A stretch of 64,000 nucleotides of DNA from Candidatus Latescibacterota bacterium (lineage in GTDB: Bacteria; Krumholzibacteriota; Krumholzibacteriia; WVZY01; JAKEHA01), in the NCBI GenBank assembly GCA_963707635.1, contig OY970173.1, forward strand, positions 352,001-416,000, in the 5' to 3' direction. The position numbers and the translations under genes were made by a program. The notes under the pieces are model-generated. The model saw only the letters and a list, made by a program, of their open reading frames with translations, did no database searches and had not been told where the DNA came from. Each line of letters begins with the position of its first letter. The first letter of the stretch is position 1. Below, piece after piece: positions 8,827-20,272 of the stretch.

Positions 8827-11800
8827 CTACCCGCGCCGTAGCATCAGCGTCGCCTCCGTGCCGCGGCCGTCGGCGGCGTTCCTGACCGTCACGTCCCCTC
8901 CCATTTCGCGCGAGAGCGTGCGGCTGATGGCCAGCCCCAGTCCGGTGCCCGTGGTCTTGGTCGAGAAGTAGGGTTCGAACAGGCGCTGGGCCGCGTCTTC
9001 GCTCAACCCCGGGCCCGAGTCGTGGAACACGATGTGGACCACGCGCACGCCGTCTTCCTCGCCTTCCGCGCAGCGCACGCGCAGCTCGGCGCCGTTCTCG
9101 CCCATCGCCTCCATCGCATTCTCGATCAGGTTCGCGCAGATCTTTCGTACCGCCTCGGCGTCGGCCATGACGACCGCGTCCGACGCGCCGTTCTCGTAGC
9201 GAAGCTGGACCGCGGAGTTGTGTTCGTACGGAGCCAGGATGTGGCGCACCAGCGGGTCCACCGGGTGCGCGCGTATGTGGAGGCGCTGCATGCGGCCATA
9301 GCTCGAGAACTCGCCGGCGATGCGTTTGAGGACATCGACCTGCTGCAGGATGGCCTCCGTGCCTTCGCGGAACACGCGGTCGAACTCGGCCGGCTTCTGC
9401 TCGTACGCGCGCCGCATGAACTGCGTCGAGAGGCGAATCGGCGTGAGCGGGTTCTTGATCTCGTGCGCGATCTGCCGCGCCATCTCGACCCACGCGGAGA
9501 GTTTCTTCGACTCGATCAGCTCGGTCACGTCCTCGAACACCAGCACGGTGCCGAAATGGCGCCCTTCCGCCTCGAGGCGGGTGCGCATGTACTTGACCGT
9601 CGCGCGCTTCTCGACTCCCTGGATCCCGAGCTCGCCGGAGCTGAAGGCCGGCGGCGTGCCGCCGCCGGGCCCGCCGTCCGAAACCAGCAGCGCGAAGATC
9701 GCCGGCGCGTGCGCCCCCCCGGTCAACTCGACGGCGGTGCGTCCCACCAGGGCGGTGGACGTCGCGCCGACGATCCGCTCGGCGGCGGCGTTCACGGTGC
9801 GCACACGGCCCTCCGCGTCGGTGCTGACCACGCCGGCACCGATATTCTCCAGAATCGCTTCGAGGTAGCGCCGGCGCTCTTCGAGCGCGCGCTGCGATCC
9901 GGCGATCTTCTCGGTCATCTCGTTGAAGGCGCTCACGACGATGCCGATCTCATCCGAACGGCGCTCGGGCAGGCGCACGTCGAAGTCGCCGCGGCTGACC
10001 CGGCGCGTCCCGGCCACGAGGCCGCGGAGCGGTTCGAACACGCCGCGCGCCACCACCAGCCCGAGCGCGATCGTCGCCGCCAGGAGCAGCGCGAACACCC
10101 CGAGCACGACCGACGTAGCGCGCTGCACTTCGAGCGAATACGACTCCGGGCGAAACAGGAGCGGGACGCCCATGGCCGCGCGCGTGGCGGCAGGACCCCA
10201 CGAGGCGGCGGCCGCCGCGTCGCCGGGCGCGGTCGCGGAGTCGGCGCGCACCCAGCGGTCGATCGGGAGGTACGCCACCTGAAAATCGTATGAACCGGCG
10301 CGCTCGGTGGTGAGCATGCGGTCCGACCCCAGCATCGACACCTCGACGAACGCCGAGGCGTTCATGCTCGAGCTGATGAACCCGCCCGCGAGCAGCCCTT
10401 CGCGGCTCGACGCGACCAGCTGCCCGTCCGCGTAGACGTTCACGTCCGCCCCCACCTGCTCGGCGATTTCGACCAGGAGGTCCCCGTCGATCGGGCGCGC
10501 GTAGTAGAGGTAGTAGCTCCCGATCCACGCGTCGCCCGCCACCTTGAGCGGCGCGCTGAACACGCCGATGTAACGCCGCCCGTTCACGTCGGCGACGACC
10601 AGGTCTTCGGTCGACGCGCCGGTGACGGCCCCGGCCACCGGAAGGCCGGGCACGTCGTCGGGCATCGCGGAGTCGTCGAAGAGCATCGCGACGCGATCAC
10701 CGCCGAGGTCGTGCACCGCGGGGGCTTTGGGATTGAACACCTCGGAGAGGTCCGTCCGACCCAGGAAGAACTGCAATTCGCCGTGGAGCAGATTGACGAA
10801 CGCCTTGCGCGCGCTCGACGCCTTGTACGAGGCCTCGCTGCGGCTCTCTTCGACAAAGCGGTCCTTGATGAAGTTCGCGGAAAACACGCCAAGGATCACC
10901 GCCGGCACCAGCGCCACCACCAGAAACGAGGCCAGCAGCTTCTGCTGGAACCCGAGCCGCCGGGGCGTGAGCGTCGGCAGCACGCCGCCCAGACGCGGCG
11001 CCGCGCCCAGAGCGACCACCAGCGCGATCAGCGCGATGGCGAAGAACAAATAGAGCGAGAGCAGCGTCGACCAGCGCAGCACGTGACGCCACGGGGACGG
11101 CACCAGGAAACCCGCGAGCAGCGTTTCGCCGGTTTCCGGGATCCTGACCGCCAGCACGCGGTACGTGCTCCCGCCGGAGCGCACGTTCGGCCACGCCTGC
11201 GCCATCGCGCGATCGATGGTCGCGCCGTCCACTTGCGTTCCCACCGAGAACCGCTCGGACGACGACTCGGTGATCCGGTGGTCGGGGTCGACGCGCGCGA
11301 GCAGGAGCGCCTCCGGTTCTTCCACGCGCGGCGCCACTCCGCCTTCCTGCACGTTGCGCAGCACTTCCGGCGTGCGCGGCCCGGTGCGCGCGGCCAGCTC
11401 GAGGCTTTCGAAGAAGAAGGGAACGTCGATGATCACCTTGCCCAGGAGGCGCGACGGCGCCCGCTCGTCTTCGTAGGCGCTGCCCTCGTCGATGTTGAGG
11501 ATGCCGCGGTAGAAGCGAACCACGCCTTGCGGCGTGCTGCGCGTGAGGTCGAGGACCGCCCACTGGTTGCCATCGGGCGTGTCGGTGCGTTCGCCGCCCT
11601 CGTCGATGCGCGCGCGGTAGGGCATGTCGACGGAGAACTCGCTCACCAGGCCGTCGTCGGCATTCACCACGTGAATCGCGCAGCTGTAGCCGAGGAGGCT
11701 CAAGGGACTCTCCGCCCACAGGTCGAACGCGAGCCGTTCGATGTCCTGCGACGACGGGGTGCGGATCGCCTGCTGGATCTCGGGGCGCTCCGCGTAGTCG

Positions 11801-13872
11801 CCGAGCACGTCCTCCAGAATGACGACCTTCCAGTTGTCGGCGGGATTGGTGACCTCGTTCGACTTCTCCAGCACGAAGCCCTTGCGAAGCTCGTCGTAGT
11901 CGTGCCCGAGATAGATGTACGCGGTCGCGGACGACACGATCACGAGGCAGAACGCGGCGATACCCACGCTCACCAGGTCCTCGCGGTGGGCGATGCGCGG
12001 GGCGAAGACGACGAACAGCATGACCAGCGCCGAAAGCAACGCCGGCTCCCAGCGGCGCTCGAGCGCGCACACGCCGACGACCAGCACCCAGCCAATCACG
12101 GAAACCACGGCCGGCCGGCGCTCGCCGGCCGCGCGGAACAGCCCCCACAGGAGAAACATGCCCGCGAGCAGCATGCCGGTGATCACGAGAAAGATGCCGA
12201 TGTGGAGGGCGACGACGCCGACGTCGGTCACCGCCATGGTCTCGCCGAGCAGGCGCGGATTCGCGTTCACGACCACCGTGGAGCTGAACCGGCGCGCCAG
12301 CTCGAACACGACCACGTTGACGCACGCGACCGCCATGCTTCCCGCCACGATCCAGCGGCCGCCGGGGCGGCGATCCGGCGCGGGCGCATCGGCCCCGTCG
12401 GCGCTGCGCGCAATGCGCACCAACCCGTAGACCATTGCCACGAAGAACAGCGCCGTCAGGATGAGGTCGAACGCGTTGCGCATCAGCCCGCCGAGGGCCG
12501 GGGTCGCAAACACCGACGGGTCGAACAGCGTGGAGTGTATCCACCGCGAGCCGGGGGCGAAGGCGAGCAGCCCGTAGCGGAGTGCGATCATGAACGCCGC
12601 GAACAGCGCCGCGCGCGTCGCGACCTGCCTCGGCTCGCGGCCGCCCCCGACCCACGCCGCGCCCTGCGCGAACAGCGCGACCAACGCCATGATCGCCAGT
12701 CCCTTCCCCCACCCCGAGCGGCGCGCCGCCCGTTGTTCCAGCACGTGCGTGAACGGTTCGCTCACGGCGGTCACGTGGAGCAGAGGATTGCCCGCGCGGC
12801 TTCGGATCAACACCGCGCCCGTGAGGCCCGACTCCTCGTCGCCCTCGACGTCGCCGACCGCCTCCGCGTTGGACGAAAACGGAAAGTAGCTCAACACCGA
12901 GTCTTCCCACCCGGGCGCCGCGCCGGTCGAATCCCCCGACGCCGGGGCTCGCTTGCGCGCGCCCGCCAGCGCGATCATCCGGTCGCGGCTCGCTTTCACT
13001 TCCGCCTGCTGGGCCCGAAAACGCGGGAGCCGGTCCGGGAGGTTCCCGGTCGGGGGAAAATAGTCGAAGGAGACGCGGGCGGCGACGTCGCGCGGGATCT
13101 CATCGGCCAGGCTGGCGCTCTTCAGGAAGCGATTGTTGACGCGATAGTCCACCTCGAGGGGAATGTCGACCAGCAGCGTGGCCACGCGTTCGCCCGTCGA
13201 CGTGCTGCACGGCGCCGCGTGCGAAAGGATGTGGTAGAGCGAGGCCGCGCGGGTGTAGACCAGCTCGGCGCCGCTCCCCAGAAACACCTGGTCGAGCAAC
13301 GACACCGGCTGCGGCCAGCCCGCCCACGCGACGCGCTCGCCGTGCGCATCGAAGAGTTGGAGCCCAATCACTGTCCCCGAGGTCAACGCCTTGCTCTTCG
13401 ACGTGGCGCGAGCGAGCGAATCGAGCAGCGCAAACGCGGCGGTGCGGCCCGCGGGCGACGACACCGCCGCCGGCGTCGAGGCGACGTACGTCCGCACCCG
13501 CGCCGCGAGCCCCGACGACACGTCTTCGAGCCGCCCCACCTCGTTGCCCACCGCGTCCACGGTCTCCGCGAGGCGCCGCGACGCGTCGCGCCGCCATTGC
13601 TTCGAATCCGCCGACGTCTCGGCCGGCACGAGGTGGAGGAGTGCAAAGGAGCCCGACGCCAGCACGATCGCCGCCCACAGTCCGGCGTTGCGCGCGGAGC
13701 GCGGGCGGGTGGCGAACGCGGCCAGCGCCGCGAGCGCGAGCAATGCCGCCACCGACCAGGCCGGCAGCCGCTGTGCCCACGCCGCGGTCGCGAGGTCGTG
13801 GACGAACAACCCGCCCAGCGCCAGGGCCAGGGCCGTGGTCGCAATCAGCAACTTGAAAGGAGAAGCTCGCAT
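8827..13872 (-). CDS. Very large multi-pass sensor histidine kinase (NtrY-like HAMP-PAS-HisKA-HATPase C-terminus)
   Basis: H-box MARQIAHEIKNPLTPI, N-box NLIENA, DSGPG, FEPYFSTKTTGTGLGL; many TM segments. Confidence 0.9.
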   Translation of the reverse strand: MRASPFKLLIATTALALALGGLFVHDLATAAWAQRLPAWSVAALLALAALAAFATRPRSARNAGLWAAIVLASGSFALLHLVPAETSADSKQWRRDASRRLAETVDAVGNEVGRLEDVSSGLAARVRTYVASTPAAVSSPAGRTAAFALLDSLARATSKSKALTSGTVIGLQLFDAHGERVAWAGWPQPVSLLDQVFLGSGAELVYTRAASLYHILSHAAPCSTSTGERVATLLVDIPLEVDYRVNNRFLKSASLADEIPRDVAARVSFDYFPPTGNLPDRLPRFRAQQAEVKASRDRMIALAGARKRAPASGDSTGAAPGWEDSVLSYFPFSSNAEAVGDVEGDEESGLTGAVLIRSRAGNPLLHVTAVSEPFTHVLEQRAARRSGWGKGLAIMALVALFAQGAAWVGGGREPRQVATRAALFAAFMIALRYGLLAFAPGSRWIHSTLFDPSVFATPALGGLMRNAFDLILTALFFVAMVYGLVRIARSADGADAPAPDRRPGGRWIVAGSMAVACVNVVVFELARRFSSTVVVNANPRLLGETMAVTDVGVVALHIGIFLVITGMLLAGMFLLWGLFRAAGERRPAVVSVIGWVLVVGVCALERRWEPALLSALVMLFVVFAPRIAHREDLVSVGIAAFCLVIVSSATAYIYLGHDYDELRKGFVLEKSNEVTNPADNWKVVILEDVLGDYAERPEIQQAIRTPSSQDIERLAFDLWAESPLSLLGYSCAIHVVNADDGLVSEFSVDMPYRARIDEGGERTDTPDGNQWAVLDLTRSTPQGVVRFYRGILNIDEGSAYEDERAPSRLLGKVIIDVPFFFESLELAARTGPRTPEVLRNVQEGGVAPRVEEPEALLLARVDPDHRITESSSERFSVGTQVDGATIDRAMAQAWPNVRSGGSTYRVLAVRIPETGETLLAGFLVPSPWRHVLRWSTLLSLYLFFAIALIALVVALGAAPRLGGVLPTLTPRRLGFQQKLLASFLVVALVPAVILGVFSANFIKDRFVEESRSEASYKASSARKAFVNLLHGELQFFLGRTDLSEVFNPKAPAVHDLGGDRVAMLFDDSAMPDDVPGLPVAGAVTGASTEDLVVADVNGRRYIGVFSAPLKVAGDAWIGSYYLYYARPIDGDLLVEIAEQVGADVNVYADGQLVASSREGLLAGGFISSSMNASAFVEVSMLGSDRMLTTERAGSYDFQVAYLPIDRWVRADSATAPGDAAAAASWGPAATRAAMGVPLLFRPESYSLEVQRATSVVLGVFALLLAATIALGLVVARGVFEPLRGLVAGTRRVSRGDFDVRLPERRSDEIGIVVSAFNEMTEKIAGSQRALEERRRYLEAILENIGAGVVSTDAEGRVRTVNAAAERIVGATSTALVGRTAVELTGGAHAPAIFALLVSDGGPGGGTPPAFSSGELGIQGVEKRATVKYMRTRLEAEGRHFGTVLVFEDVTELIESKKLSAWVEMARQIAHEIKNPLTPIRLSTQFMRRAYEQKPAEFDRVFREGTEAILQQVDVLKRIAGEFSSYGRMQRLHIRAHPVDPLVRHILAPYEHNSAVQLRYENGASDAVVMADAEAVRKICANLIENAMEAMGENGAELRVRCAEGEEDGVRVVHIVFHDSGPGLSEDAAQRLFEPYFSTKTTGTGLGLAISRTLSREMGGDVTVRNAADGRGTEATLMLRRG

Positions 13873-13943
13873 CGTCGGTCAACCGTGGGCGATCCCGCAC
13901 CGGAGCATAGCTTACGGCTGCGGTGGAGTCGAGCGAGGCACGC

Positions 13944-14501
13944 TCAACGGATCGACTTGATCTCGTCGACTACCCAGCGCTCCTGGTCGTCGTCGTGCTC
14001 GAGATGGAGGGACACGTACACCTTTTCGGTGAACAGCCGGCCGTCGTCGGTCTTTCGATACTGGCGTTCCGCGATCGCGAAGGTGTCGCGGCCCTCGTCG
14101 CCCGGCTTGCGGTACTGCACGAACTCGAACTTCTTGGTGGCGGTGTAGCGGAAGAGATCCTTGAGGAGGTAGTAGCTCTGGTTGCGGGAAAAGGTTCCCC
14201 CCGACGGTCCGGTGCCGCTGATCGAGATCGCGACCTTCTGCGACCCGAAGTGGCGGAGAATGAGGTCGACATTACGTGTGTTCCAGCCGCGCTCGATGTC
14301 CGCGAAGACGTCCATCGGTCCCCCCGACGGCGGCGGTTCCTTCTGGGCGACGACGCCGGTGGGCTCCGGCGTCTGCGCCACCACCTCGCCGTGCCCGGCC
14401 TTCGCCGGGCGGGCCGCGGCGCCGGCGAGCCCCCCCCCGAAGACCACGAGTGAGCCCGCCAGCACGAGCATCGAAACAACTATGCGAGGGCCGGTGGCCA
14501 T
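13944..14501 (-). CDS. Secreted DUF4783-like (NTF2-fold) protein
   Basis: Signal peptide; 'HFG..V.I...G.FSRNQ...LLKD.F' pattern. Confidence 0.6.
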   Translation of the reverse strand: MATGPRIVVSMLVLAGSLVVFGGGLAGAAARPAKAGHGEVVAQTPEPTGVVAQKEPPPSGGPMDVFADIERGWNTRNVDLILRHFGSQKVAISISGTGPSGGTFSRNQSYYLLKDLFRYTATKKFEFVQYRKPGDEGRDTFAIAERQYRKTDDGRLFTEKVYVSLHLEHDDDQERWVVDEIKSIR

Positions 14502-14649
14502 AATAGAAGGAAATCATCGGAATAGAGCAAGCCACGTGCCCCGTGGCTTACTTGCTAAACGGCAAATGGTTACGTGAGTCGGCCCGAAGCAACATGTGGC
14601 CGGATCAGGACAGCGGTGTCTCTCGAGGAGGACGAACGCAGCAAGCGGG

Positions 14650-14740
14650 CGGGGGCGCAGGTCCCTCCGGAGCGAATCCGCAGCGCGCTTTCAACAGTCG
14701 CGCGCGAGGACCTGAGCGAGGGAGGGAGCCTGCGCCCCCG
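14650..14740 (+). repeat. Structured intergenic hairpin element, copy 2
   Basis: Outer IR cgggggcgcaggtccctcc/ggaggga(g)cctgcgcccccg around gcgcgc-tttcaacagtc-gcgcgc. Confidence 0.9.
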
Positions 14741-14748
14741 TCATGTCT

Positions 14749-15648
14749 CTACTTCTGCTTGAGCGGACGCCAGTGGTGCCACTCGACCACCACCGGCGCC
14801 GCGATGAAGATCGACGAGTAGGTGCCGATGACGATGCCCACGAACAGCGTGAGCGCGAAGTCCTTGATCACCTCGCCGCCGAGGAACAGGAGGCTCAAAA
14901 GCACGAGCAGCGTCGTCGTCCCGGTGATGACCGTGCGCGAGAGCGTCTCGTTGATCGAGGTGTTCACGAGGATATCGAAGTTCTCCCGCCGACGAAAGTG
15001 GAGGTTCTCACGAATGCGGTCGAAAACCACCACGGTGTCGTTGAGCGAGTAGCCGACGATCGTTAGCACTGCCGCCAGCACGCCGAGCGACATCTCCATG
15101 TTGATGAAGGAGAAAAATGCGAGGGTCAACATGACGTCGTGCGCGGTCGCGATGATCGATGCCACCGCGAAACGAAAATCGAACCGCCATCCGACATAAA
15201 TGAGAATCCCGACGAACGAGTAGATGATCGCCCACAAGGCGTTCTTGCGCAGCTCCGCGCCGATGCGCGGGCCGACCGTCTCGCGGCGCCGCAGCTCCAC
15301 GGTATGACCGGCCGCGCCGGTGCGAATGGCCGCCACGATCTGCTTGGCGGTGCTATCCGCGTTGGCGATGCTCTTCACCTTGATGAGGTATTCGTTCTCG
15401 GCCCCGAACCGGGTGATTTCCGCTCCCTCGAAACCAGCGTTGCCTATGATGGTCCGGACGTCCTGCAGCGGAATCGCCGGCTCGGTCTTGACCTCCACCA
15501 GCGCTCCGCCGGCGAAGTCGATCGAGAGCTTGAGGCCGCGATGGAGCGCGATCGAAACGGCACCCGCGAGAATCACCAGCGCGCTGGCGATCAGCGTGGT
15601 CCGCCGGAAGGAGACAAAGTTGATATTGGGTGTCTTGAAAAACTTCAT
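14749..15648 (-). CDS. secF: Protein translocase subunit SecF
   Basis: IDFAGG, VGPRIGAEL, IVGYSLNDTVVVFDRIREN, GTYSSIFIA. Confidence 0.97.
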   Translation of the reverse strand: MKFFKTPNINFVSFRRTTLIASALVILAGAVSIALHRGLKLSIDFAGGALVEVKTEPAIPLQDVRTIIGNAGFEGAEITRFGAENEYLIKVKSIANADSTAKQIVAAIRTGAAGHTVELRRRETVGPRIGAELRKNALWAIIYSFVGILIYVGWRFDFRFAVASIIATAHDVMLTLAFFSFINMEMSLGVLAAVLTIVGYSLNDTVVVFDRIRENLHFRRRENFDILVNTSINETLSRTVITGTTTLLVLLSLLFLGGEVIKDFALTLFVGIVIGTYSSIFIAAPVVVEWHHWRPLKQK

Positions 15649-15662
15649 GTCCTTCTCCTCGC

Positions 15663-17349
<1,687 letters not shown>

Positions 17350-17478
17350 TCAAAACCTCTGATCCATAGAATCGGGCAGACGCTCGCCCTCCCAGTGGTC
17401 GTTCCGGATAATCTGGCGAATGATGTTCTCGCCGGGGAGCCTCTTCAAAGAGGGCGGTTTGGCCGGAAATAAGGTGCG

Positions 17479-17506
17479 ATTATACACGACGGCGGGCACC
17501 CGTCAA
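17479..17506 (-). promoter_or_regulatory. Putative sigma70 promoter for secDF
   Basis: TTGACG-N16-TATAAT on the minus strand. Confidence 0.6.
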
Positions 17507-17545
17507 CCGCCAACTTCCAGAGGGGTTACCGCCCGGATCGTAGCG

Positions 17546-18274
17546 TCAGATCCGCCCCAGCAGGTGCAGCATGTCGCGGATGGCGCGGTCGAGTCCCACG
17601 AACAGGGCCCGCGCGACGATGGCGTGCCCGATGTTCACTTCCTCGAGGTGGGGCACCTCGAGCATGCGGGTCACGTTGTGGTAGTTGAGCCCGTGGCCGG
17701 CGTGCACGCGCATCCCCAGGTGGCGAATCGCCGCGGCCGCTTCGTTGACGCGCTTGAGCTCACCGTCGACGCGGTGGCGGGTGGCGTTTGCGTAGGCGCC
17801 GGTGTGGATCTCGACCGCGTCGAAGCGAAACCGCGCCGCTTCCTGGATCTGCGCCAGATCGGGGGTGAGAAAGGCGGTCACTTCGATATCCGCTTCCTTG
17901 AGCGTGGCCACCATCTCGCCCAGGCTCGGCGGCGCGTCGGCGAGATTCAGCCCGCCCTCGGTGGTGACCTCCTCGCGCCGCTCGGGCACGATGCAGACCG
18001 CGTCGGGCCGGATCGCCAGCGCGATCTCCAGCATCTCCGCGGCGGCGGCCATCTCCAGATTGAGCGAGGACTTCACGACTTCGCGGATCATGCGCACGTC
18101 GCGGTTCTGGATGTGGCGGCGGTCTTCGCGCAGGTGCACCGTGATCTGGTCCGCGCCCGCCGTCTCGGCCGCGATCGCCGCCGCGACCGGGTCGGGCTCG
18201 TAGGTCTTGCGCGCCTCGCGCAGCGTCGCGACGTGGTCGATGTTCACTCCGAGTCGGATGGTCGCCTTGTCCAT
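17546..18274 (-). CDS. pdxJ: Pyridoxine 5'-phosphate synthase
   Basis: LGVNIDHVATLREAR, ITVHLREDRRHI, VPERREEVTTEGGL, HAGHGLNY, NIGH. Confidence 0.97.
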   Translation of the reverse strand: MDKATIRLGVNIDHVATLREARKTYEPDPVAAAIAAETAGADQITVHLREDRRHIQNRDVRMIREVVKSSLNLEMAAAAEMLEIALAIRPDAVCIVPERREEVTTEGGLNLADAPPSLGEMVATLKEADIEVTAFLTPDLAQIQEAARFRFDAVEIHTGAYANATRHRVDGELKRVNEAAAAIRHLGMRVHAGHGLNYHNVTRMLEVPHLEEVNIGHAIVARALFVGLDRAIRDMLHLLGRI

Positions 18275-18300
18275 GGTGTCTCCGTTGTAGCAGAGGTCCT

Positions 18301-19548
18301 CTAGCGCGTGTGCGTGCGCGTGCGCGTGCTGTCGTGCGACGCCACGTGCACGATGTCGCACACCGTGACCAGCTCGACGCCCGCGGTCTCGAGATAGTCC
18401 AGGTTGTCGCGGAGCGCTTCGAACGTCCACGGGTGCGGGTGGCCGATGCCGATCGCGTGGCCGCGGGTGCGCGCGGTCTCGACCAGGGTGTGCAGCCGCG
18501 AGGCGACGTCGTCCTGGCGGTCGGTGTGGTCGTCGAGAAACATGGTGTTCGACGCCGCGCGAAGCCCCGCCGCGACCGCCGTATTATAGGCGACGGATTT
18601 CGGCGAAGTCAAAGAATCGAGGAAGAAAAGGCCTCTCCCTTCGAGCGCGCCCATCACCGCCCCCATCACGCGCGCGTCGGCGGTGGCGACGGATCCCATG
18701 TGGTTGTTGACCCCGTCGACGCCGGGAAGGCTCTCCAGGTAGGCCCGGACGAACGAGGCGATCTCGTCGTCGCTCATCGTGTTGGTGATGGGCTCGACGT
18801 CGTTGTTGCGCGGGTCCGAGCCCTCCATCGGAAGGTGGAGCAGCACGCAGCGGTGGGATTTCTTCGCCAGGGCGAGGACGTCGTGCGAGTGACGGAGTCC
18901 GGGAAGGATGGCGACCGTGAGCGGCATGTCGAGGTCCAGCACCTCGCGCGGGATGCCGCCGTCGGAGTAGCCGAAGTCGTCGATCACGATGGCGACTTTG
19001 GGCAGACGCTCGGTGGGCGGAATGGCCGCCTGCAACTCCGACGCCGAGAGGCGGCGCAACGTGAGCCGGTGCGTGTCCGTTGTATGAGTGCCGACCTGGA
19101 ACACCAACGTACGCCCATGGTCGAACTGCTCGCTCTCGCGAACTTCGGCGCCGAGCGCCTCAATCGCTTCGGTCAACGAGACGTTGACGCGGAGAAAGTC
19201 CGTGGAGTCGTCGCAGGCAATGCTCCACTCGATGGGCGTGCCGGGCGGTCGTGACGATGAGGGGACGGCGGCGCCTTCGGCGCGGATGCGCTTTCGAAGT
19301 CCGTGCGCCTCGAGCGCGCGCTTGAGCGCGATCCCAACTTCGCGCTGGACGCGCGCGTACGGCTCCTCGAACCCGTGGTCGACCAGGAAGACCCCGCCGC
19401 GTGTGCTCTGGAGAAACTTGACCCCGGCCGCACCTCCCACCCCGAGGAGGATCATCGATACGATCAGCAGCTTGACCGACCGCGGCACGCGGGAGGGTTT
19501 CTCGTCGGTGGTCCGGGACCTGGACCTGGGTTTGTTCTTGGGCGGCAT
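18301..19548 (-). CDS. Divergent polysaccharide deacetylase family protein (YibQ-like), N-terminal anchor
   Basis: AIVIDDFG, LHLPME, GVNNHMGS, FFLDSLT, AIGIGHP. Confidence 0.9.
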   Translation of the reverse strand: MPPKNKPRSRSRTTDEKPSRVPRSVKLLIVSMILLGVGGAAGVKFLQSTRGGVFLVDHGFEEPYARVQREVGIALKRALEAHGLRKRIRAEGAAVPSSSRPPGTPIEWSIACDDSTDFLRVNVSLTEAIEALGAEVRESEQFDHGRTLVFQVGTHTTDTHRLTLRRLSASELQAAIPPTERLPKVAIVIDDFGYSDGGIPREVLDLDMPLTVAILPGLRHSHDVLALAKKSHRCVLLHLPMEGSDPRNNDVEPITNTMSDDEIASFVRAYLESLPGVDGVNNHMGSVATADARVMGAVMGALEGRGLFFLDSLTSPKSVAYNTAVAAGLRAASNTMFLDDHTDRQDDVASRLHTLVETARTRGHAIGIGHPHPWTFEALRDNLDYLETAGVELVTVCDIVHVASHDSTRTRTHTR

Positions 19549-19616
19549 GAGGGGCTTTTCGTTCGCCGCGCGAGGCTAGCGGGCGCAGTGCGCGGGTGTC
19601 AAGGCGAGGAAGGCGC

Positions 19617-20261
19617 CTACAGGTACAGTGACTTGATGCCACCCCAGGTCGGACCCGGCACGTCGTTGGCTGCTTTGGCCGACGTGTATCCCAGATCCCG
19701 CCACTCCACCAGACGCCATTGTGGCGCGTCGTCGGTTCCGACATTGCGCACCGTGAACTGCGTCTGCGAGCCTGGCACAGCGATGTACGTCATGTCCGGC
19801 ACCATCTCGAAGGTGAACTCATAGTAGACCGTGGTCGTGTACCATTTCTCGCCGGGGAAGTTGAGGGGCTCCACCTCGACCCACACCACACCGCTCTCGA
19901 ACTTCAGGTCCATGCGAATCGAGCGACAGGTGGGATAGGGCGGCTGATTGAGGCTCTTGTCGAACAGCATGGACGCCATGCGCAACTCGTCGGCGCGGCC
20001 CCATTGAGCGGGGATGCTCCCGCCGACGTCTCCCGGCGAAAAGAAGAAGGTGAAGTTAGGATCCAGGAGCTCGTCATACGGGGAATACTGCTGGAGCGTG
20101 TACGACAGCTCGAGATTATTCAGGACATGTTCGCGCGTGGTGAGTGGTTGGATCTTCTTTCCAGGCGGCGGACACGGGTCGCACCCGCCGACCACTTCTT
20201 CATCTCCGCAGGCCGGAAGGAGCGCAATGGCGACGAGCAACGAAACCAGGACAGTTCTCAC
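19617..20261 (-). CDS. Lipoprotein, tandem paralog (one repeat domain, ends TWGGIKSLYL)
   Basis: GTG start after GGGG RBS, lipobox LLPAC; domain closely similar to upstream paralogs. Confidence 0.8.
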   Translation of the reverse strand: MRTVLVSLLVAIALLPACGDEEVVGGCDPCPPPGKKIQPLTTREHVLNNLELSYTLQQYSPYDELLDPNFTFFFSPGDVGGSIPAQWGRADELRMASMLFDKSLNQPPYPTCRSIRMDLKFESGVVWVEVEPLNFPGEKWYTTTVYYEFTFEMVPDMTYIAVPGSQTQFTVRNVGTDDAPQWRLVEWRDLGYTSAKAANDVPGPTWGGIKSLYL

Positions 20262-20272
20262 GTTGCATCCCC

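Noticed and set aside
492..14148. Long plus-strand ORFs (492-3440, 5629-7485, 10711-14148) and similar ones elsewhere (50561-53101, 55444-57903)
   Set aside because: Antisense shadows of real minus-strand genes in high-GC DNA; no recognisable motifs.
14650..14740. Elements as simple rho-independent terminators or tRNAs
   Set aside because: No U-tracts; too long, with conserved internal loops; found also between divergent genes; no cloverleaf, T-loop or CCA.
18303..18330. (GCGTGT/GCGTGC)n microsatellite as a phase-variation tract
   Set aside because: Short imperfect repeat encoding the TRTRTHTR tail at the very end of the deacetylase gene; little functional consequence.
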